From the NCBI GenBank assembly GCA_951406725.2, contig OX597837.1:4960001-5024000 (forward strand): 64,000 nt of DNA. The letters are read 5' to 3'. This document shows positions 26,475-38,955 of this stretch, in pieces; positions within the stretch are counted from its first letter, which is position 1; every line of letters starts with the position of its first letter. Made by a program: the position numbers and the translations under genes. The stretch is from Octopus vulgaris (lineage: Eukaryota). Under the pieces are notes generated by a model. It was given only the letters and a program-made list of their open reading frames with translations. It was not told the DNA's origin and did not search any database.

Positions 26475-26828
26475 ATATATATATAGGGAGAATTCACGAA
26501 AAAAAAACAAAAGACGAAGACAGGTGGTGTACAAAACAAACAGATGTATTAGTATAACGCTCAGGAATAGAAAAAGTCTTTTACATTTCAAGCCAATGCT
26601 CTTCTACAGAAAGGGACACAGAAAAAAACAAGGAGAGAAAAAAATGTGTGTAGTGGCTACCGATTTATCATATATATATATCTGAAAGAATACCCAAAAT
26701 GGAACAAGAACGCAAAACATCCAGACAGTTAGATGATACAAAAAAGGGGACAACGAAAAACAAGTACGGGTCATTCAGAGTTTTCTTTCGTCAGTCAAGC
26801 TCCAGGTTATCTTTGCAGTTTCAGCTGG

Positions 26829-26862
<34 letters not shown>

Positions 26863-27390
26863 ACACACACCCATGTGACAGACCAGATTATCAGATGTTA
26901 TACATCACTGGTCACAATGCACTTTGCATCATTTTAGCCTTCAAATGACACCGCCCTGATGCCGAGGCATGCAGGCCAACATTCCCCACCAGTGATTGAA
27001 ACGGATACTGGAGCAACGTGAAATGAACACATCAAGAACACAATGCGTCACCTGGTCTGGGAACTGAACCCATGATCTGTGGATCATGAATGCAACATCC
27101 TAACCGCTAAACCACACGCCTTCACATACATACATATATATATATTAGAGAGAGAGAGAGAGAATATGAGGGGTTTAGTTCACTTGTGATCTAAGCAAAT
27201 AGTTATGCCGAGTAAGTGCTCCAGCTGGTCATCTATTAGGTTCCAGGTTCACAGCTGAAGCTGGATCTAGGGATCCATGTTAGGGTTCTGTTATAGCAGG
27301 TATATATATATTCGAAGAAAAAGCAAATCAAAGCAGAATGAGTATCTCAAGCCATGTAGAATAATTTAATTAGGGTAAGGTAAATTTGAA

Positions 27391-27449
27391 GTCTTGCAGC
27401 CGTTTCTGGGTTAGTATGTCCGTGCACTGGGTATTCCATCATCAGAGAC
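27391..27449 (-). ncRNA. Type I hammerhead-like motif with degenerate cleavage site
   Basis: GUCU-CUGAUGA-UGG..CCA-GAAA-CGGCUG-CA-AGAC; inverted partial copy at 28084-28168 keeps GUA. Confidence 0.55.
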
Positions 27450-27482
27450 AATATATGACCATTTTAGATGAAGAAAATTTAC

Positions 27483-28060
27483 AGGCGCAGGAGTGGCTGT
27501 GTGGTAAGTAGCTTGCTTACCAACCACATGGTTCCGGGTTCAGTCCCACTGCGTGGCACCTTGGGCAAGTGTCTTCTACAATAGCCCCAGATTGACCAAT
27601 GCCATGTGAGTGGATTTGGTAGACGGAAACTGAAAGAAGCCTGTTGTATATATATATATAGGCGCAGGAGTGGCTGTGTGGTAAGTAGCTTGCTAACCAA
27701 CCACATGGTTCCGGGTTCAGTCCCACTGCATGGCATCTTGGGCAACTGTCTTCTACTATAGCCCCGGGCCGACCAATGCCTTGTGAGTGGATTTGGTAGA
27801 CAGAAACTGAAAGAAGCCTGTTGTGTATATATATATATACATATATATATATGTATATATATGCGTGTGTGTGTTTGTGTGTCTGTGTTGTCCCCCTGGC
27901 ATTGCTCTGTCACTTAGCGGTTTGGCAAAAGAGACCAATAGAATAAGTACTGGGCTTACAAAAGAATAAGTGCCGGGGTCGATTTGCTCGACTAAAGGCG
28001 GTGCTCCAGCATGGCCGCAGTCAAATGACTGAAACAAGTAAAAGAGTAAAGAGTAGAGAG
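27483..28060 (+). mobile_element. CORE-like SINE with duplicated 5' half
   Basis: Heads at 27483 and 27660, a single tail. Confidence 0.85.
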
Positions 28061-28267
28061 TTTACAATGAAAATTTAGAGTAAATGGAATGCCCAGTGCA
28101 TGGACATGCTAACCTACCACTTGGGTTATCCCAGAAACGGCTGTAAGACTTCAAATTCACCTTATCCTGATACTTATTCTATCGGCCTCTTTTGCCAATC
28201 CGCTAAGTTACGGGGACATAAACACACCAACACCAGTTGCCAAGCAGTGGTGGGGACAAACACAAAG

Positions 28268-28318
<51 letters not shown>

Positions 28319-28444
28319 ATAATTAAGGATAACTTCTTAATAAGGAATCTTAACAAGAAATTATCAGGTAGTTAGCGTGAAAAACCTCATAAGAGAAAAG
28401 AATTCGAAAATAATTTTTTTCCTTTTGAACAAATTAATTATATT

Positions 28445-28591
28445 TATATTGTATAGAGGGCATTATTACACATAAATGTCTCACACTAAGAGAGACAAAG
28501 TCATTACTACCAAAGTGTAATTTTGGTAGTAATGACTTTGTCCCTCTTAGTGTGAGGCATTTATGTGTAATAATGCCCTCTATACAATATA
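28445..28591. repeat. 70-bp-arm near-perfect hairpin
   Basis: Arms 28445-28514 and 28522-28591, 2 mismatches, 7-nt loop. Confidence 0.95.
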
Positions 28592-29027
28592 TATATATAT
28601 ATATATATATATCATCATCATCATTTAACGTCTGCTTTCCATGCTAGCATGGGTTGGACCATTTGACTGAGGACTGGCAAGCCAGATGGTTGCACCAGGC
28701 TCCAATCTGATCTGGCAATGTTTCTACAGCTGGATGCCCTTCCTAATGCCAACCACTCCAAGTGTGTAGTGGGTGCTTTTACATGCCACCGGCACGAGGG
28801 CCAGTCAGGCGGTACTGGCAACAGCCACACTCAAATAGTTTTTTATATATACATATATATATATACACACAATGGGCTTCTTTTTAGTTTCCGTCTACCA
28901 AATCCACTCACAAGGCTTTGGTCGCCCTGGGGCAATAGTAGAAAACACTTGCCAAAATTGCCATGCAGACTTCTTATACCATAGCCACGTCTGCACCAAT
29001 TTATAAAAACAAAAAAAAAAAAACGAT

Positions 29028-29428
29028 AAGAGTGGCTGTGTGGTAAGTAGCTTGCTTACCAACCATATGGTTGCAAGTTCAGTCCCACAGCGTGGCACCT
29101 TGGGCAAGTGTCTTCTACTATAGCCTCGGGCTGACCAAAGCCTTGCGAGTGGATTTGGTAGACGGAAACTGAAAGAAGCCCGTCGTATATATGTATGTGT
29201 GTGTGCGTGTGTGTTTGTATGTCTGTGCTTGTCCCCTCCCCCGACATCGCTTGACAACCGATGCTTGGTGTGCTTACGTCCCCATAACTTAGCGGTTCGG
29301 CAAAATAGACCGATAGAACAAGTACTATGCTTACAAAGAATAAGTCCTGGGGTCGACTTGCTCGACTAAAAGGCGGTGCTCCAGCATGGCCACAGTCAAA
29401 TGACTGAAACAAGTAAAAGAGTAAAAGA
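29028..29428 (+). mobile_element. CORE-like SINE
   Basis: As 2981-3387; inverted partial head at 28870-28995. Confidence 0.85.
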
Positions 29429-30242
29429 GGATTGTATTATGACGACGCCTTGGCTGCTATTTCTAGCAGATTGTAAAGCCTACCAGTCAGATCGTTGCGA
29501 TTGTCATTCATTGCTACATTCGATGGTGGAGGGTGTCGGAATGGAGGAGAGAGGTTGTTTCTGGTTTCGAGACTCAATGGCTCATGACGGAATGAGAGAG
29601 AGAGAGAGAGAGAAAAGACAATGTTTTGTCAGCCAAGTACTACAAGCAATCAATCGCGCGTGCGTGTGTGTGTGTGAGTGCGAGCGATTGTGAATCGATC
29701 TGTTCGGAGTCAATAAAACGGACGATAACAGACACCAAACCGACAAAAGGACGAGACAGATTCGTTTCACAAGACGTTTTACCATTCCCATCGTTGCTGA
29801 ACGAAAGACAAAACAAAAACGAACAACAACAAATATCTAAATTTTAAAAAAAGTGGGTGGGTGTATAGATCTTCCATTCTATATATACATGCATCCACTG
29901 TTTATATCGATTTATATATATATATACATACATACATACATACATACATACACAGAATTGTATACATACGCACAGCCAAAATACACTTGGTGGGTGTTTA
30001 CATAGATTTAGGCATAAAGTCGATCTCATGTATGTATGTGTGTATATATATATATAGATATATATATATATATACACACACATACATACAACATTTTTAC
30101 ACGTTACTATAGATTAAACTGTCTACATACATTTATATACATCGAAAACAAAATGTATATACATTAGACAGAAGATTCATATACATTGACAATCACACAG
30201 GCACTGTGTGTGTGTATATATATATATATATACACACACACA

Positions 30243-30285
<43 letters not shown>

Positions 30286-30291
30286 ATATAT

Positions 30292-30343
<52 letters not shown>

Positions 30344-30843
30344 TACGCACGTACATGCATATATATAACACTTCGAACTAGAAATGGGGAGGATTTCGTA
30401 ACGTTGTTTTAGCCCAAGGCCAACGTCGACGCGGCATACCGAACTACCTTCTACTATGATCAACAGACGTTCCAAACGAGTCTGTACCGTGTTTTTTTTT
30501 CTTTTTTTTTTCTTGTTTGTTTTTCTTTCGTGTTCCAAGCACCGACTACATTATCCAAGCCAAATGTGTCCTACTCCATTAAAGAGAGCGCGGAAACGAT
30601 TTTTGAGTGAAATTTTGCTCGTTATTACTAGCATGTCGAGCGACCACGTAGATGTAACCCGAGGGTTGCCTGATGGAAGGGGAGGAGGCAAGGTACTGTT
30701 TAATATCCGTGGTGGGGAGGGCGAAAGAAAAATTATTTTTAAAAACGGGTTGAAACTGAAAACCGTCATCGGTCACAAATTTCGTTTTACAAAGTGGGCG
30801 TGTATACAGCATGTATGTATGTATGTATGCGAAATGCATACAT

Positions 30844-30922
<79 letters not shown>

Positions 30923-31077
30923 TACACACACAATGGTTAACACCAAACATACACTTATTAAGAAGGAAGCCGTTAATAGATTCATATTATTATTGTTTTT
31001 GATGGTGGTGTTCACAATTAACAACCAACGAATGCAAACATTTAGCACTAAAGGAATATATACATACATACATATAC

Positions 31078-31123
<46 letters not shown>

Positions 31124-31312
31124 TAGAAGAAATGAGGTACTCAGAAAATCGGATGGTTTTATATTTACAGATATTTATTTGTATATTACATGTTTTTATA
31201 CATCATATAACTTAGATCATGTATTAGTGCTTTCTCCCATTCTATATATATATATATATATAATATACACATATACATACACACACACAGAAAGAGGGGT
31301 GTATAATATACG

Positions 31313-31359
<47 letters not shown>

Positions 31360-31619
31360 GAGAAGAATAATACACCATAATATATATATATATATATATA
31401 TATATTCACACACACACACACACACACATATACATACACAGAAAGAGGGGTGTATAATATACGAATGTGTATATATATATAGGAGAAGAATAATACACTA
31501 TAATATATATATATATATTCACATACACACACACGTTAAGCACCTTTGGTGAACAAGCTATATCGTTTGAACGAGTTGAGATGTACTCTTGCCTCCGTAT
31601 TCTTTTGCGTTTATACACG

Positions 31620-31662
<43 letters not shown>

Positions 31663-32232
31663 TGTGTGTGTGTGCATAGACACAAATTAACGTTTACATA
31701 TACACACGATATATATATATATATATATATATTACAAGGCGGAAGAAAATTAGACGAGGTTATCTCGTAAAGAGACAGAAATTAAAAAAAAAAGCGCGGT
31801 TAGAAGGTAAAATTATTCCTCAAATACGTGGTACGTTTATGAAAATGAGGATTTATGATCAAATATTTAATTGACATATGTAATTAATAATACTTAACTG
31901 AAACGACAACCGTCTATATACAAATATATATATACAAATATATATATAGCTGTGCTCAACTGATTAAATTACGTTTAAACACGCATGTGATGGTACAAGC
32001 CATTTTCTCCTCTCATTTCGAATACAGACAGGAATATGTTACACGCGCGCACACTATTATTATTATTACTATTATTATTATTGTTATTATCATCATATGG
32101 AATAACCACTGTCGTTGTTGTCGCTAGTAACTGAAGCTTGTTGAACCGCTACTACTCCGAGTTTCACACTTGCGATCTTCCAAAATTATTTATGACGAGT
32201 ACCGATCCGTGTGGGACCATATATACAATTAG

Positions 32233-32294
<62 letters not shown>

Positions 32295-32341
32295 GATAAA
32301 TTATACCATTCATATATGGGGTTTCGAATATCTATACACAC

Positions 32342-32553
32342 ACACGAAAAGTTCCTGGCTTTGGGTAAAAGGAAACACAGGAGGATCGGTTAATTATGAT
32401 TTTATCCAACATATTCCCCCCTCTCAGATTCACACCCTTATTGCAGCGGTCCTGCAGTCTTTCTAAGCCTTGTAAAAGAACTTGGAAGTTTGGGCCTCCA
32501 ACTAGGCCTTCCGCGAGGTCCTTAAAGCCAGGAACTTTGCAATACCCTCCCGT
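32342..32553 (-). mobile_element. Mariner deletion derivative with transposase C-terminal relic
   Basis: Inverted AAAGTTCCTGGCTTT / AAAGCCAGGAACTTT; minus translation GLERLQDRCNKGVNLRG resembles the mariner C-terminal GI..L..RW.KC...G.Y motif. Confidence 0.65.
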
Positions 32554-32635
32554 GTGCGTGTGTATATTAGTCCCACATCGGTACTCTTCAATAATTTGGT
32601 AACAACAATCAAGACAACTGTTTATACATGCCTGA

Positions 32636-32687
<52 letters not shown>

Positions 32688-33180
32688 GTGTGTGTGGAGA
32701 GAGAGAGAGACATGTGTGTGTGTATATATACATATATATCACCTAGAGATATACGTGGTGTATGTGTGTGTATATATATATATATATATATACATGTTGT
32801 TGGTGATGTTTAACAGTGAGGTAGCTAGAAACAGCAGCCAAATCTCTCATTTAACACCCTACACGGACGATCACAGACGAGGAACGCTTGACCACAGGCC
32901 TCCTAAATAACAGCAAGCCTTCAGCGGTTGTTATAAAAGAAACGGGTACGTGATTGAGGTACCCGATTGACTAGCTAGAAAATCTAGTATCGTAATGAGC
33001 AACATTATATATATATATATAAATATAGAAGGCAGGTGCCCATCAGCTTAGGACGAACAATTTGAGGTCGTATAAGCAAGATCGGTAACTACTTCGACCG
33101 CAAAACAACGAAACGGGTAGCTGGTGCTATGACTAACATATTTACAAAACTAGTAGAATGTACGTTAATAAAACACGATG

Positions 33181-33229
<49 letters not shown>

Positions 33230-35028
33230 ATGGCTGGATTGACAAGATAGAGGGGGTGAATGGCTGGATTGATGAATAAATGGGTTAATGGACAGACAGA
33301 CAGATAGATAGATATAATTGCATAGATAAATAGATGTGTGTGCAGATGTATATACACACGCACACACAATGTGTATAGAAGAGAAGGCAAAGAGGAAGAG
33401 GTACTCACCTAAAGAGGGCAGTTATCACATGTCCAGTGAAAAGAGACATACATATATGTGTGTATATATAATGTATATATAAACGAAAGGTATAGATGCT
33501 TTTCTCTTTCAAAGTAGGTGTTAGGTGTATATACGATGGCGGAGAGGGTGAGAGCGGTTGTGGTACGTACCGGATGAGGGGAAAACGAGTACTTTATATA
33601 AAATTACAACAGGATATCAAAAAGGAAGGATATTGAGAGTTAACAAGCAAGTAAGAGTGTTTCAGTCACCAGACTGTGGCCATGCTGGGGCACTTGCCTC
33701 GGCGGATTTTTAGTCGAATGAATGAACACCACTAAGCCTGGTAGCTTATATTATTTATTTAAACCCTATCGGTCAATATACAGTTTAAGGCTCGGTCACG
33801 AAAACAAAAATGTTTTCGTGTCTGGGTTTTAACCATACTATGGGACTCTACTCAAACAGCGGGGACGTAAACACACCAACACGGGTTGTCAAGCGGTGGT
33901 GGGACTCACACACACGATGAGCTTGTAAAGACCCGGTCACGAAAACATTTTTGTTTTTTGGTTTTCGTGACTGGATCTTAACCATACTATGGGACTCTTT
34001 GGGGACGTAAACACACCAACACAGGTTGTCAAGCGGCGGTGGGACTTTCTCTCTCTCTATCTCTCTCTCTCACACACACACACACACACGATGAGTTTGT
34101 ATCGGGTGTCGTCTGCAAAATCCACTCACAAAGTTTTGGTTGGCCCCAGGCAAATGCCCTAAGTGTCACGCAGTGGGACCGAACCCGAAACTTTGTGGCT
34201 GCGAAACAACACTTCTTACACACGTACACACCAAATAAATGTTTGGAGGCTGTCTTGGAAAATGGAGCAGATGCGTGGTTCCTTACAGTCTTGTTAGGAA
34301 AATAACGATTTTTTAAATTTTTTATTAATATAAATAAATGAACTAGTTATTCCTTTTAGGTCACATCTGGGCTAATTCTTCGTTTCTTTTGTAGCGAACG
34401 TGTCTTTGAGTTTTAATTGCTTTGCTTTGGGGGTGGAGATTGGGGTGAAGTGGGGGGGGAAAGGGCTGTTTGGAATTTTTCTTTAAAGAAATGCTTTTTT
34501 TTGTTTAATAATTGGTTGTTTTTCAGGTCCTTTTTTTCTTTTTCTTTGGCGAAGGTTTTAGGTAAAAGATCTGGTTTGTTGGATAGAATTTGTGCAATAC
34601 CTTGATTATGTTTCGAATATTTCTACAGAAAAAAAAAATCAGGAATTGCTAGCTAAGGGTGTATATGTGAGTATGTGTGTGTATGCATGGGTGTATATAT
34701 ATAGTCAATAGATGAGATCCAGAAATTCCCAGAATAGAAAACACTTAAAACCGCTCAAATGATTCGAACTTAAGACACCGATGTCTCTACGAGGGACCAA
34801 TTCCACGGGGTAAAGAGTGGTTATAAGAGGAATCAAGGAGAGCAGATATGGAGGCAATTATACGGATAAACACACGTATTAAATATAACAGGTCGGGTTG
34901 GATATATATATATATATATTGTATATACAAACCCAAGTTGTTATGCATTAGCACTTACCGAACTAGTTTGATAAGTGCCAACTCACGAAACTGTCGGACC
35001 TTGAGTCATTCTGTTGCTTCTGCTAAAC

Positions 35029-35060
<32 letters not shown>

Positions 35061-36866
35061 GTATATATATGATCTGTTCGCTTGGCATGTGCAAAGATAA
35101 AGAACAAAGGAGGCGTATTTAGGATCAAATGTTAGATAAAAAATGTGCAGTTTAAATATCATCCGACATCTGAGGATCAAAATGTCTAGGGATGGATGGA
35201 CGTATGTATATATATATATATGTATATATATACACATAGAGAGAGAGTTGAGAAAAGGAGAGTTTGGTAGAGGAAATGGAATAATGATGGATCCCTGCAA
35301 GTCGGTTTCGGTGAGGAATGGTTTAATGTATTCTATATACACACGTGTCTGTATATTATATATATATATATATAAATATATATATAGTTGTGGGCGTTGT
35401 TATGAAGATCGTTTGGTCGATCTCTTCTCGGCTGCTTTTTTCTTGTTTTAGCAAAAATTCTCTCTCTCTCTCTCTCTCACTCTATATACACACGTATACA
35501 TACACACACGTATCATGCATATATTTTGCAAGATGCGTCGAAAGGATGCTGAATGAAAAATGATAAATTAATAAAGAGAGAGAGAGACAGAGAAGGTGTA
35601 AGCTACATGTAGCAACGGTAGTTCTTTATAATTTATCTATCCCAGACACTCTCTGATTGTCTTTTCTCTTTCATATCTCTGAAATTCCTCTTGTTGATGT
35701 TATTACCAATGTACACACGCATATATACACCCACATCTGACGTATTTTTAATACTCGTTTAATATTCTAAGTTTTTAGATTAATACTCTACGTAAGAGAA
35801 TAAAGATAACTCTGAATGTTACTGGCAGTGGTTGTGATAATGGTATCTATTTTCACAAATATATTTTGGTTTACATAATTCTATAAGCACAAGGCCAGGA
35901 ATTTGGAGACGAAGGGTCGGGTCGAGTTGATCACGTCAACCCCCCAGTGCTAAACTAGTACTTGACAATAATCATGTATAAATCAGACACATGGCCTAAA
36001 ATTTTAGGGGGATGTTTCACAAGTGGATTATTAAGGAGTCCTGTACTTGCTAACAGGGGTCACAAAAGGATTAAGGATAGGATGTATGTATGTGTGTATA
36101 GCCAATTATATATTGGTATAGGCATCTATATATACTAGGAAGCTTTCCATCAAAAACGGTTTTTGTCTGAGAGGGAGATTTGCAGATAAAAACGAAAGCG
36201 AAGAACTGAATGACACCAAAAAGTCTGCTAGGAAGAGAGAGAGAGAGAAAGAAGAGAAAATAGGCTTTCGTAATTGTTGATTTAAAATAAATGACATTAC
36301 AGAGCAATTATAGATAATAATAATAATAATAATAATAGTAATAATAATCTTTGTACTCTCGGCACACAGGAATGGTAATTTGGAAGGGAGGGGTCAATTA
36401 TATAGACACCAGTGCTCAACTGGTGAATTATTTTATAATAATTATTTATAACAATAACAGTCATTTGTGATATAAACACATGGCCTAAAATTTTAAGAGG
36501 GAGGGCTCACAATCGGATTAGGGGGCCCAGAATTGGTTTTGAGCTTAAGAGGAGGATGTGTGTGTATATGTGAAGGTGTGTGTGTGTGTATGTAAATTAT
36601 ATAATGGTGTGTATATGTATGTATGTGTGTGTGTGTGTGTGGAAATTCCTCAACAAAACAGTATTTATCTTAGAGGATGGTTTACAAGATTAACCAAATG
36701 ACACCAGAAAGTCTGCTAGGAAGGAAGAAGGAAGGGAGAGAGAGAGAGAGACAGAAAGAAAGAGAGACAGACAGAGAGAAAGAAAGAAAGAAAGAAAGAG
36801 AGAAAAAGAAAGAAGGGAGGAAGGAAAGAAAGAAAGAAAGAGAGAGACAGACAGAGAGAAAGAGAG

Positions 36867-36905
<39 letters not shown>

Positions 36906-37019
36906 AGGGCTTCGGTGGTTGTTTTGATTTAAAGCAATTCAAAATAACAAATATTAATAAAATTAATATCAGCGATAACTATGATAATAATAATAATAAT
37001 AATAATTAGTAATTAATAC

Positions 37020-37520
37020 CTCGACGATTTGTTGGAGAGGAACAAGGAAGAGAAATTGATGACGAAGGAGGGAAATAGACCAGCAAAACCACCAACTGGG
37101 GTCGGTTTCTCTTCTGTTTGGGATGTCTTGGGGCGGGTTTTTCGGGGTTTCCTTTCAATAATTCGCTTTTCTTATCACCTCAGCTAGCCAAGGAATGTTG
37201 TCGAAGAACAGTAAAAGCGAGTGTATATATTATATATACATAGATGTGTGTATAAACAAGGCGATAGTACGAGGAGGCGAGAGTTCGCCGCCAACATAAC
37301 ACTGCCATTACAGCAGCTACACTCACTGAGTCTGCGCAGTGATCGTCTCCTCCCGCTTCCAGGTCTCGTCAGTCGTCTCGTAAAATCTCGTCTTCTCCGC
37401 TCTCGCAACATTTCCGCCGTCCGTTGCGAGAAGAACCTGTCGTTACCTTGGTGACCTACAAACATTTTTTCTTTTTTTGCCTTTCGCTTTTCGCTGAAGT
37501 ATAAGACGAAAGAGGGCGGC
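37020..37520 (-). promoter_or_regulatory. CpG-rich candidate promoter and non-coding first exon
   Basis: Unique sequence with the highest CpG density seen in the window; candidate donor GAG|GTATTA at 37020/37019. Strand inferred only from this donor. Confidence 0.45.
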
Positions 37521-37523
37521 GAG

Positions 37524-38100
37524 CGGATCTTTTCACTTTGACCGGCAGTTTTTTAAGATAATTTCCACGTAACTAAACACTTTTAAACTTCGTATACTGC
37601 TAGAATGTGTTTATAAAACATCTTTTCTCTTGGCTTTATTGAGAAAATTCTATAGTTTGTAAGATATTTGTTGTTGTTTTTTCTTCAATTTCTGCAATTT
37701 CAACCTATCAATGACGTCTATTACTCATATGAAATTGTCACCCATAATTATGACCCTAGTATCGATTTATTGCATTTCAATCTGTTTTCGGGTTACGATT
37801 AGGGGTGGGGGATGGGTATCTTTTTTTCTTCACAAATGTAAATAAACCCAATCTGTTTCTTAAACGAGGGACATATTCATACGGCAGAGAATGTTTTCAC
37901 CTCAATAGACATCAGTGATTGGTTGAAATTGCAGAAATTGAAGAAAAAAAACAAATATCTTACAAACTATAGAATTTTCTCAATAAAGCCAAGAGAAAAA
38001 GATATTTTATAAACACATTCTAACAGTATACGAAGTTTAAAAGTGTTTAGTTACGTGGAAATTATTTTTGAAAAACTGCCGGTCAAACCGAATAGATCCG
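37524..38100. mobile_element. Foldback MITE with ~195-bp TIRs
   Basis: CGGATCTTTTC.. and ..GAATAGATCCG ends with long matching arms; shorter relative at 39381-39518. Confidence 0.9.
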
Positions 38101-38514
38101 AAAAAACACATCAAAAAGTCAGTAAATAAATATACGAAATTAAAAGCATATAACACTCCGTTTGCCAATTAACATTCTGTAGTAGATTTATTTTTGTGGC
38201 TTTTAACTAATTGCTCTTAATCTGATGTTCAATAAAGAAGGCCGGAGCCATTTTCTCAAAGGACACACACACACTGTATTAACTCGTATCCTTTAATCAT
38301 AGTACATTATTTTTTCCCATCGTATTCAATCTTGATATCGGCTTTTTTGGCATGTCCGTTGAAACGCTTCATTTGACAAGATGAATGAATGAATGAGTGA
38401 ATGGGAGAATAAAACGTATGACGAATTCAGCGCATAGAAAAGACCCCGTATATGGTACTAGATCTGTTAGAAATAGCAGCCAAATCTCTGTCAACTTAAC
38501 ACTCTAATAATTTT

Positions 38515-38955
38515 TTCTACTCTAGGCACAAGGCCCGAAATTTTGGGAAAAGGGGGGCGGTCGATTAGATCAGCCTCAGTACGCTACTGGTAGTTAATTT
38601 ATCGACCCCGTAAGGATGAAAGGTAACGTCGACCTCGATAGAAATTGAACTCAGAACATAAAGACGGACAAAATACTACTAAGCATTTTGTCCGGCGTGC
38701 TAACGATTCTGCCAACTCGCCGCTTTACTTGCACTAATAATTATTTCTGTTCGGAGCAAAAGGCTTGAAATTTGTGGTTAGGGAGCTAGTCGATTATATC
38801 GACCCCAGTGCGTAACTGGTACTTATTTTATCGACCCCGAAAGGATGAAAGTCAAAATCGACCTCAGCGGAATTTGAACTCAGAACATAAAGACGGATAA
38901 AATGCCGCTAAGCATTTTGACCGGCGTGCTAACGATTTTGCCAACTCGCCGCTTT
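38515..38955 (-). mobile_element. Two tandem Meta-like SINEs
   Basis: Two head-containing copies, CpGs largely retained. Confidence 0.8.

Noticed and set aside
32342-32553. Mariner relic as part of a primate-style SET-mariner fusion
   Set aside because: The SET exon ends in its own TGA with AATAAA downstream; the relic is ~210 bp and 23 kb away.
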